Below, one piece after another: positions 31,409-40,254 of a stretch of DNA of 59,417 nucleotides. A model generated the notes under the pieces. That model was not told the DNA's origin. It saw nothing but the letters and a program-made list of their open reading frames with translations, and ran no database searches. The stretch comes from Promethearchaeati archaeon (lineage in GTDB: Archaea > Asgardarchaeota > Heimdallarchaeia > Heimdallarchaeales > Heimdallarchaeaceae). The stretch spans positions 1 through 59,417 of the forward strand of contig JABLTJ010000019.1 in NCBI GenBank assembly GCA_013166775.1. The letters run 5' to 3'. The position numbers and the translations under genes were made by a program. How positions within the stretch are numbered: position 1 is the first letter of the stretch; every line of letters starts with the position of its first letter.

Positions 31409-31570
31409 TCATTCAATTACAATTTCGTTGATTCAAAGAATTACCAGAATTTTGAAAAACCAATTGATTAGGATCAACTGTTAGAATATATTCATATCTA
31501 ACTCCTCCTGAACCTCTAATATTGGTAATAAGACCTTGTAGTTGTTTTTTCAATGTTACTAGTATTAGAA

Positions 31571-31617
31571 AACCACAATTAATACTTGCAGATGAACCTA
31601 CTGGAAATTTAGATGCA
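31571..31617 (+). repeat. 47-bp ABC-ATPase fragment, inverted near-copy of 22338..22384
   Basis: aaccacaattaatacttgcagatgaacctactggaaatttagatgca, encoding PQLILADEPTGNLDA; 45/47 identity by manual count to the reverse complement of 22338..22384. Confidence 0.8.
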
Positions 31618-31811
31618 TCGGAAAGCTACCTAATAATAAGAACATCTACCAAGTTGTCATTGAGAGAGGATTGATAAAAATCACAATTAATGAGGAAGAT
31701 ATAGATTCTGTAGATTTCCTAAAAACAATAGAAGCTTTTTCGATGTAGATTATCAATTCTGTTAAAAAATTAAATAAGACAGATAGCAATTAATTGATTT
31801 TACTTATCTGT

Positions 31812-32486
31812 TTAGTTTCTTTTTTTTAAAGATCCTTGTGCTTGCATTCTTGCTATGAATTTCTTGTTAGGTCCGAGTTGCCATTTTAAGAACACTAGAA
31901 GGAAGATAATGATTATTATTGCTAATATCCAAGCTTTCCAATATGCACCCCAAAATTCACTCCAAGTCCATGCTATTGACCATGCTTGTGCAGCAGGCAT
32001 CTTTAGTAAAACTAGATTATTAAAGAAGGGAACGAATCCAGAGAGGGGGACAACAATCATTGTATCTACTAAAAGTCCCCAAATCCAAAATTTCCATGAT
32101 TTTTTTGAGAATATTAGTTCTCTTGAACTTGATGCTCTGAAATCTGCTCTAAAATCATATTGAACCATACTCATTGTTAAAGGTCCTATTATGAAGACAA
32201 AGAAGAACCATGCAATGATAAATGAGACTAAAAATCCCCAACCTAGATATTTGAAGTATAATCCAATAGAGTTTGGTACAGCCCAAATTCCTCTTATTGC
32301 AAAAACTATTGCTGTAACAATCGCAGTCATGAATAGTGCAAACCAGAATACCAGCCATTCAGCAAAATAGGTATTAGCCATAAACTTACCTTTTGCACCA
32401 TTTGCAAAGATGAATCCTCGACCTTTGGTTTGAAAATGTAAATAGTCCCAAGGCCATTTAAATCCTTTTTTTTCGTGATCAGTCAT
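31812..32486 (-). CDS. Trp-rich multi-TM hypothetical membrane protein
   Basis: About four hydrophobic segments; no recognised motif. Confidence 0.7.
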   Translation of the reverse strand: MTDHEKKGFKWPWDYLHFQTKGRGFIFANGAKGKFMANTYFAEWLVFWFALFMTAIVTAIVFAIRGIWAVPNSIGLYFKYLGWGFLVSFIIAWFFFVFIIGPLTMSMVQYDFRADFRASSSRELIFSKKSWKFWIWGLLVDTMIVVPLSGFVPFFNNLVLLKMPAAQAWSIAWTWSEFWGAYWKAWILAIIIIIFLLVFLKWQLGPNKKFIARMQAQGSLKKRN

Positions 32487-32779
32487 TTAAATTACTTCCA
32501 TTTTGTCGTCAGAAAATCCGTTTATATATGAGATAAATGTTATAGAGAAAGTTTCTCACATTGAGTTTTTGTGTAAACAAATTTCATTAGGACGACTAAA
32601 AAATCAGATTTTGGCACATTTATAAAAGATTTATCACAGCTTAATTTTCACATTATGATTATATATTTTCATAAAAGTGGATGTTCAATTTTATTGTGGA
32701 CTAAAAAGAAATTCCTAATCTCTGTAGATGAAAATGACAATTTTATAACAAAAGAGAAAAAGAATATGGAAGTGAAATC

Positions 32780-34882
32780 CTAAAGTTGAATTTCAATCCA
32801 GTATGCAGGATGGTCTGATTGTCCTCTCTCAATATATACAGCATCGAGAACAGTTATTCCTGAACTCAAGAAAATGTGATCAATTCTATCTTCTGCTGGT
32901 GTTGACCACTTCTGTACCCAAGAATCTTCTAAGGTTCCTACTGTTATATTATATGATTCGGAGTAAGCTCTAAAATTGAAATCTCCGCAGAGCAGAACAT
33001 TTTCCAGACCTGTAGTTTGACTTAGTATTTCTTCTATTTGGTACTTTTTCGCATCATCACCTCTAGCTGCAGGATGGTTTGAGAAAACGTTGAAAGTTAA
33101 TGTGGGATTTATTACAATCTGTGCTTGTGTCGTACTTATTTGTTGATGGGTACTATACATGAAATATGCAGCAAAGCTAGAGATTGGATATTTAGACAAG
33201 ATTGCAGTACCATAGGTATTTGTAACTGTTTTTGCTCCTCTGTACGAATGCATATCTAATTTATCTGCAAAATATCTAACAACATCTGAATTTCCACCAC
33301 CGATTCTAGCAGTATCGCTTTCCTGTAAACAAAGAATATCAGGGTCAACACTTCTAATCAGTTCCAGTTGTCCATCATAATTTTTTTCACCAGTGAGGTT
33401 TACACCTAGTCGGATATTGTAGGTCATAATGATTAGAGAAGTTTTTCCTTCATCTGGTGCTTCTGGGTGTGGTGCTGTAACAAATGCACCTGCAACTGTT
33501 CCTATAAATATCAATCCTAAGATTGTAAGAATTATAGATTTTGATTTAAATTCTCTAGCTGTTTTTTCAAAACTCAATGTACTCTTCTTGAATAGAAAAA
33601 TAGGGATTGTAATAAATATCCCTGGAATTAGAAAAGCTAACCAATACATATCTCTGAACACATTACTGATTGGTGGTAAATATCCCCAGACGTTAGGTAA
33701 TACTTGCATAAAGATCATTATTATTCCATACAAACCTGCCCCTAAAGCAAAACTTCCACCTATTTTTGCTGGCTTTGGTTTAATCTTTAGTAATTCTCTT
33801 GATAAAAGAGTAAAGTCAATGTAAATTATCGGTGAGAGAATAATCATTAAAACCAAAGGAATATGATAAACCCAAGTTGTAGGTGCTGCTATAATCGGAT
33901 ACGCAGCAACATCATCTGGGAAGAAAATTCCATATAATGGTATTTTTTGATGTACCAATACGGTTAAAGTTAGAGCAAGTGCAAAAATCCCATTCCATCC
34001 CCAAAGCATCCACGATTTCATCATATTCATTAAATCAGGTTTAACTACCATTCCAACAATGAATAAAAATGTCATAATTGAAACACCTATAACAATTCCA
34101 ATGTAATTACCTTCTGTCCATCTCGAAATAGAAGTTGGACTCATAAATGTAAACCAGATTATTACAAAAACGCTTGACAAACCAAGAGTTAAAAGAAGAA
34201 TTCGACCAAAGCTTGCAGGATTTTTTTCTTCAGATGATTCTTTCTGAACAGTCACCTCACCTTTTAGTAACATTCCTACTAACATAAGTGAAGCTAGTAT
34301 TCCTAGTACCCAACCAATTAATTGATACCAGCTATATATTGAAACATCTAATGTTGAGTTAACTGTTCTGAGAAGTATAGATACAGCTACTGCTACAGCT
34401 AAGGATATCCCAAGTGTCACTCCAGTTTGTTGCTCCTTGCTTTTAGTTCTTGTGAAATATGCAGGAAAGAAAATAAGGAAACTACTAACAGATATTCCTG
34501 CTAATATGAGTATTCCTTTTCCTTTGAGTAAGGGTTCTATTAATCTAGTAACAATGATTAGTTCTCCTACTATAAACAAAGTTTTATCTGATATAGGCTT
34601 TCTGAAGAAGAATAGCCCTATAGAGGATAACAAGAAGACTAATGCAAGAATATCCAATGTAGGTTTCAATCCTAGTATTGCATAATCAAAAATTCTTTCA
34701 GCTAGATCTGAAAGCATTTGCATAAAAAACAAAAAGATTATGCTAAACAAGATAAGTTCTGAATAATTGTTCTTGATAAGATTCTTAAAATCTATCATAA
34801 CTATGGTTATTTTTCTAGTTATATAAAAATAATTTGAGAAATCGGGTTTCGGTAAAAACACTATGATGAGATACTCATACAA
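32780..34882 (-). CDS. Multi-TM protein with C-terminal EEP domain, Cwh43/PGAP2IP-like
   Basis: About 12 TM helices, then MTYNI, LQESDTARIGGGNSD, GTAILSKYPI, GDFN, RIDHI, SDHP. Confidence 0.8.
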   Translation of the reverse strand: MYEYLIIVFLPKPDFSNYFYITRKITIVMIDFKNLIKNNYSELILFSIIFLFFMQMLSDLAERIFDYAILGLKPTLDILALVFLLSSIGLFFFRKPISDKTLFIVGELIIVTRLIEPLLKGKGILILAGISVSSFLIFFPAYFTRTKSKEQQTGVTLGISLAVAVAVSILLRTVNSTLDVSIYSWYQLIGWVLGILASLMLVGMLLKGEVTVQKESSEEKNPASFGRILLLTLGLSSVFVIIWFTFMSPTSISRWTEGNYIGIVIGVSIMTFLFIVGMVVKPDLMNMMKSWMLWGWNGIFALALTLTVLVHQKIPLYGIFFPDDVAAYPIIAAPTTWVYHIPLVLMIILSPIIYIDFTLLSRELLKIKPKPAKIGGSFALGAGLYGIIMIFMQVLPNVWGYLPPISNVFRDMYWLAFLIPGIFITIPIFLFKKSTLSFEKTAREFKSKSIILTILGLIFIGTVAGAFVTAPHPEAPDEGKTSLIIMTYNIRLGVNLTGEKNYDGQLELIRSVDPDILCLQESDTARIGGGNSDVVRYFADKLDMHSYRGAKTVTNTYGTAILSKYPISSFAAYFMYSTHQQISTTQAQIVINPTLTFNVFSNHPAARGDDAKKYQIEEILSQTTGLENVLLCGDFNFRAYSESYNITVGTLEDSWVQKWSTPAEDRIDHIFLSSGITVLDAVYIERGQSDHPAYWIEIQL

Positions 34883-36293
34883 CTTGCTCTTTTATTGGAA
34901 TCTCTTCTCTGATATTTCTATACTCAATCCACTCTATTTCATCTCCTAGCAAATCAGATACAATTTTTGTAGATTTGACTCCTTTGAAAAGATTCTGAAA
35001 CTTAACTATCAACCATTCAAAAGAACCTTTCATTCTAAATCGAACAAAAAGTCTGACTACTAGCTCATAGAAGAGCAGAACATAGATTATTGCTAGGAAC
35101 AGCCACAGTTCTTGCCCTCTACCGATTATTCCTTCTTCCATGAAATTATATCCGGGTTGCTTTTGCAAAATGAGAGAAAGAATCCATCTGGGGAGAAGTT
35201 CCAAAACATGTAAAGAGTAGATTGTCAGGGAAAGGATTGACCATCTTCTAAAATACTTGACAATTCGTCGATTAGAGAAAGCCTTACCTTTCCCTCTAGA
35301 TTCTATCAAAGCTAGCATGGCCATCAATAAGCAAATTTGCCCGCCTAATCTCAACAAGTAGGTTGTAATTGCTGGAGGTTGTTCAAGGAAAGTGAAGGGT
35401 AAACCCTCTACAATCAAAATAACTCCTGAAGCAATCATTAGTACACCTACAAGACTAAACAAAAGAAGCATTCGTTTTGGAGGTTTTGGAGCTGCAAGAA
35501 GCATTCCGATAAGGGATCCCATGAATGATGAAGCTAAATATGGGAAAAGAGGTTGTTTAGGACCATTAATAATTGTCAAAAACCAAGTTCTAACAGATCT
35601 ATTATGATAAACAAAAGTAATATCTGGCCAACCAAGCTCTTCAGGTGGATAGAGCCAATTTGAATTTGCAATCCAATTAGAAATAAATGGAGTAAAGATA
35701 AGAACCAGTAAAATAAGACAAGCAAAAATCGAGATATTTCTGATCACTTTCTTATAACCATCATTACGTAATAAGAAAAAAAGAAGTAAACCATTAATAA
35801 TTAAACAGAGACCAATAATCTGTAGAGTTTGAATCCAGAGAAGTTCAACTTTAAAATAAGCGAAATTCGTCCATTCTAGTTTTTTAATGGAATAGCCAAT
35901 ATCTCCATAGTAGCCTAATATTCCTTCTATGAAGTAAGCTAGAACAATAAGTATCGCACCTGAAGAAATCTGTTTTATCAAAAGTTTTGAAGGATCAACA
36001 TTAGCTTTTGTTTTTCTTGTAAAAACATAAGAATTCACAACTGAAGAGATCAACAAAAAGAAACCATACCAAGAGCCAAAATATGCAAATACTCCCATAA
36101 TGATCAGTAGGATAATTGGAAAATTGAGTATCTCTTCTTGGTTTGCCATGAATCCTTCTACATCATACATTTTGAAGAGGATGTGAAAAAGAGTCATACC
36201 AAAAATTGCTACTCCTCTAAGAAAGTCTAGAGTAACTAATCTTCTTGGTACTTTTAGTGTTTCTTCTGATACAGAAGGTGATTGGAGGTTCAA
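34875..36293 (-). CDS. HGSNAT/DUF1624-like membrane acyltransferase
   Basis: RLVTLDFLRGVAIFGMTLFH, TLQIIG, PLFPY, SLTIYSLH, GSFEW; many TM helices. Confidence 0.7.
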   Translation of the reverse strand: MNLQSPSVSEETLKVPRRLVTLDFLRGVAIFGMTLFHILFKMYDVEGFMANQEEILNFPIILLIIMGVFAYFGSWYGFFLLISSVVNSYVFTRKTKANVDPSKLLIKQISSGAILIVLAYFIEGILGYYGDIGYSIKKLEWTNFAYFKVELLWIQTLQIIGLCLIINGLLLFFLLRNDGYKKVIRNISIFACLILLVLIFTPFISNWIANSNWLYPPEELGWPDITFVYHNRSVRTWFLTIINGPKQPLFPYLASSFMGSLIGMLLAAPKPPKRMLLLFSLVGVLMIASGVILIVEGLPFTFLEQPPAITTYLLRLGGQICLLMAMLALIESRGKGKAFSNRRIVKYFRRWSILSLTIYSLHVLELLPRWILSLILQKQPGYNFMEEGIIGRGQELWLFLAIIYVLLFYELVVRLFVRFRMKGSFEWLIVKFQNLFKGVKSTKIVSDLLGDEIEWIEYRNIREEIPIKEQVV

Positions 36294-37042
36294 GTTTATC
36301 TCTCAATGCTGGATTTTATTATTTAATTTGTGATTTAAGCGTATTAAGTGTTTTCTAAAAGAAGAAAAAGAGATTTTACTTCTTGTTAATTTTCTGTGAT
36401 TAATAATATCAAATAATTTTAAAAAAAAATGCTTTAAAAAATGTTTTATTAATTTTAATTTAATCCAAAATCGTTCAATATATGTAAAATGAGCTCAAAA
36501 TATGTTCAACATATGTTTTCTGTTAATTTATAAATAGAAGAATGTTGTTGCTTCGAAAGTTGTTTATAGATGAAGAGTATTATCAAACAAGTAGATATAG
36601 GAGAATATACCTCTATAATATTGTCCAGGAGTTCTACCAAAAAAAGTAGTGTCGAAAGAACTGTGAATAAATAATTGGTATGACTCCCCAGAAAATACAG
36701 AAATTATTTACCTACGATTTAAGAGCTCTAACACAAAATTACTCATTGTTGAAGGAACATAATTTGCCCTTCATTTATCTGAAGTAATAAACTAAGATGG
36801 TTGCTGAGATTTATATACCAAAGAAGAATAAAGTAAAATTCAGTTTACTGTTACCATTCAAGAAAGCAGAATGTTTAATTTAGAAACTGAACGGTATATT
36901 GTTCGTAATTTTTAGCAGTATCTCTATTACTTTATGAATATTGTTTTTATGTTAACAAATTCTTTTATTCCGTAGCTAGATAATTCTCTTTATCAACTAC
37001 AACAATTGCAGGTTTCATATATTGACGCTTTCACTTGATTTA

Positions 37043-37711
37043 CTACTTAGGTTTTGAAAAGCAGGTAGCTAATTCTTCATTCCAGCCTGGTTCAGTTAAG
37101 AGTGCAAAAAGACCTACTGTATCAATGATGTACTGTACTTCTTTATAAGTTAATGAAGTGATTATCGACATGTTTTCTTCACTTAGATTATCAAGAAAAG
37201 TCTCAATGAATTCTGTCCTTTTCTTGATTAATTTCTTATGTAACTCCCAAAGACTTTTGTTATCTCCTTTACGATTATTAAAAAGCTGACCCACTAAAAG
37301 AGATACTTGATTCATTATTTTATTTTGATGTTTAGTAGTTTTTTTATCTTTAATCCATTGATCAATCTCTTCCATAATTAATCCATCATAGAAAACCTTT
37401 GCAGATCGCGTGTAAAGAGTCTGACCACTGAATTTGTTTTTTTCATTCTTGAATACTCTTCTTCCAGCTTGAACAACAAGTCCTGCATTCTCAAGTTCAT
37501 TTAAATAACGATAGACAGTTTTATCTGATTTTTTCAATTCATTCTTTAATTCGCTCAAGGTCATAGGATTATCTGTTAGAAGAGTTAAAATGCGAAAACG
37601 TATTTTTCGATCCCTAAGACATTTTACAGCTTCTGGTGTATTAACAACCAGAAAAGCTTTCTGCTGATATGCAATTGTATCTTGAATTATGTTTTCTTCC
37701 TTATTTAACAT
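37043..37711 (-). CDS. wHTH transcriptional regulator (ArsR-like)
   Basis: RFRILTLLTDNPMTLSEL, KSDKTVYRYLNELENAGLV, AGRR, LYTRSAK. Confidence 0.8.
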   Translation of the reverse strand: MLNKEENIIQDTIAYQQKAFLVVNTPEAVKCLRDRKIRFRILTLLTDNPMTLSELKNELKKSDKTVYRYLNELENAGLVVQAGRRVFKNEKNKFSGQTLYTRSAKVFYDGLIMEEIDQWIKDKKTTKHQNKIMNQVSLLVGQLFNNRKGDNKSLWELHKKLIKKRTEFIETFLDNLSEENMSIITSLTYKEVQYIIDTVGLFALLTEPGWNEELATCFSKPK

Positions 37712-37871
37712 TTAAACACCATGCAATCCATGAGATATCTATAAAATCATTTGAATTCCTTTATAATTACAGAATTGGAGAAAGGTTTATAAGTTTTTTT
37801 GCGAAGAAATTCTCATAAAAAATGAGAAACACAAGACACAATAAATGAGAATTTCAAAAAGTGAAAAATAG

Positions 37872-40175
37872 ATGGGATCAGTAAGGGACAAAATATCGAA
37901 AAGAAGGATTGAGAGAAGTTCAATTTTAGGAATGAGTATTATATTTTTACTTCTATTCTCAACAGTAGTATCGTCAGATTTAGGAAACGTTGTAATAAAA
38001 GAACAAAAAGATGAAAAAAATGTGTATCTAAATAACGCAGAAGACAAGTTGAAGAGTGCTTTAACACCTTTTAGTAAGAATTTCGCCAATCTAACAGGTC
38101 ACGCATGGGATGTTAGAAGGGTGGAATTTTCTCCTAATGGAGAATTGTTAGCTTCAAGTAGTAGTGATGGAAGTATCAGATTATGGGATATTGAAACAGG
38201 AGACACAATTCGTATTTTGCAAAACCACTACTATGATGTAGCTTCAATAGCATTTTCTCCTGATAGCAAATTGCTAGCATCTGGAGGATGGGGAAAAAAA
38301 ATCAACTTATGGGATGTCTCAACTGGGAATTTGCTTAAAACTTGGTCAATTCATCCCCATGTTGCATTAGATTTAGCTTTTTCTCCTGATGGAAATTCAC
38401 TTGCAGTTGGAAGTGCAGATTATCAAGGGTATTGGACAATACTACAAGAACTTCCCTTAGAAAATAGCTACCTTAGAATTATAAATATAACAAATGGAGA
38501 AATTTTGCATAATTTTGAAGGTCATACAAATCCTGTAACATCTGTAAAATTTAGTTCAGATGGTTTAGATTTATACTCCAGCAGTTGGGATAAGACGATA
38601 AAGAAGTGGAATGTTTTAACAGGTTCAGAAGTATATTCCTTTTCAAATCATTCTGAAGTAATAACTTCAATAGATATATCACCAGATGGAACTAAATTAG
38701 TCTCGGGGAGTTTTGATAAAACAATACAAATATGGGATATCGTTTCGGAATCTCTTCTAGACATTCTTGAAGGTCCGGATATGGAAGTTTGGTCAGTTGT
38801 CTTTACAGGCGGTAATGATTTAGTTGCTGCAGCAGTAGGAAATAAGTCATCCGTACAAAAACCAAAAGAATTCTGGCAAGATGCTGGAGGAAAAGTAGAT
38901 TCTTCTATTCAGATATGGAATATTCAGAATGGAGAGCTGGAAGAAGTTTTAGTAGGGCATGATCATTTAATTGAATCAATCTCTGTTTCAAGTGATGGAA
39001 CGATGCTCGCATCAGGAAGCTGGGATTGGACAATTAAGCTTTGGGGAGATTACCCTATAATTATGCCTGATCAACCCATTGATCAGTGGGAGGTTTCTTC
39101 TCCTGAAGAACAAGGACTGAATTCCACAATGCTAAAAGAAATAGGTGAATCACCAGGGAGCGGAATTCATAGTATTCTAGTAGTAAGAAATAAGAAACTA
39201 GTTTTTGAAAAATATTATAATGACCCAACTCATAATTATATAGCAGAAAATAAACATGTACTTTTTTCAGCAACAAAAAGTTTTACTTCAGCTTTAGTAG
39301 GAATCGCAATCGATAAAGGATTTATTCAAAGTGTTGATCAGAAAGTGCTTGATTTCTTTCCAGAGTATGATTTTGATAATGTTGACTCTAGAAAAGAAGA
39401 AATGACATTAAAACATCTCTTAACTATGACATCAGGGTTAACTTGGTCAGAAACGCCTTATTTAGATTATATTTCAGAAATGTATTTCAGTAATGATAGT
39501 GTGCAATATGTTCTTGATAAAACAATGTTCTCAAATCCAGGTACTTACTACTTCTATAACTCAGGTGGATCACACTTGTTGTCCGCTATAATTCATCAGA
39601 CTACTGGTCAGTCAACTCTAGAGTTCGCTATTGAAAATCTATTTGAACCAATTGGAATAGAAAGAAATGATGTTATTTGGATGTCAGATACACAAGGAAG
39701 TGCATTTGGAGGAATAGGACTGTTTTTAACACCACGAAATATGGCAAAATTTGGTCAGTTATATTTGAATGAGGGAAAATGGAATGAAGAACAAATTATT
39801 CCTAAAGATTGGATTAATGAGTCCACTACAAATCAGATTGGACATATTGGATATTTTAGAGGAACTCATTCTATGGATGGATATGGTTACCAATGGTGGA
39901 CATCTAGCTCTCTTAATGGATTTACAGCATTAGGATACATGGGAAAATTTATCTTTGTTTTACCAGAAGAGGAGATAGTTGTGGTATTTACTTCTTTTGT
40001 AGATCCTTCTGTAATTTTTAACGTAGTAGACAAAATTATCAATACTATTCTTCCTGAAACTAATAGAACTGATTTCTTTCACTTATCTCTGATTTTCCCC
40101 TTTATACTTATAATTACAATTTTACAAAAGAGAGTCGGGAAAAAAGAAAAGTGGAAGGAGGAATTTTATAGTTGA
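37872..40175 (+). CDS. Secreted WD40-repeat / beta-lactamase-family serine hydrolase fusion with C-terminal anchor
   Basis: About seven WD40 repeats (GH...FSPNG...DGSIRLWD), then SPEEQG, SATK (SxxK), LLTMTSG, YNS, YGYQWW, ALGYMG; terminal TM. Confidence 0.85.
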   Translation: MGSVRDKISKRRIERSSILGMSIIFLLLFSTVVSSDLGNVVIKEQKDEKNVYLNNAEDKLKSALTPFSKNFANLTGHAWDVRRVEFSPNGELLASSSSDGSIRLWDIETGDTIRILQNHYYDVASIAFSPDSKLLASGGWGKKINLWDVSTGNLLKTWSIHPHVALDLAFSPDGNSLAVGSADYQGYWTILQELPLENSYLRIINITNGEILHNFEGHTNPVTSVKFSSDGLDLYSSSWDKTIKKWNVLTGSEVYSFSNHSEVITSIDISPDGTKLVSGSFDKTIQIWDIVSESLLDILEGPDMEVWSVVFTGGNDLVAAAVGNKSSVQKPKEFWQDAGGKVDSSIQIWNIQNGELEEVLVGHDHLIESISVSSDGTMLASGSWDWTIKLWGDYPIIMPDQPIDQWEVSSPEEQGLNSTMLKEIGESPGSGIHSILVVRNKKLVFEKYYNDPTHNYIAENKHVLFSATKSFTSALVGIAIDKGFIQSVDQKVLDFFPEYDFDNVDSRKEEMTLKHLLTMTSGLTWSETPYLDYISEMYFSNDSVQYVLDKTMFSNPGTYYFYNSGGSHLLSAIIHQTTGQSTLEFAIENLFEPIGIERNDVIWMSDTQGSAFGGIGLFLTPRNMAKFGQLYLNEGKWNEEQIIPKDWINESTTNQIGHIGYFRGTHSMDGYGYQWWTSSSLNGFTALGYMGKFIFVLPEEEIVVVFTSFVDPSVIFNVVDKIINTILPETNRTDFFHLSLIFPFILIITILQKRVGKKEKWKEEFYS

Positions 40176-40219
40176 ATCTCAATCCAGTTTGCTCGATGAT
40201 CTGATTGACCTCATTCGAT
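40166..40219 (-). repeat. Degenerate copy of the 3' end of the Cwh43-like gene (32780..32833)
   Basis: Reads IE*GQSDHRANWIEIQL* versus IERGQSDHPAYWIEIQL*; about 43/54 nt identical, ungapped (manual count). Confidence 0.85.
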
Positions 40220-40254
40220 AGCATTCTCTAAGGAGAATAACTCTAAATTTCTTA

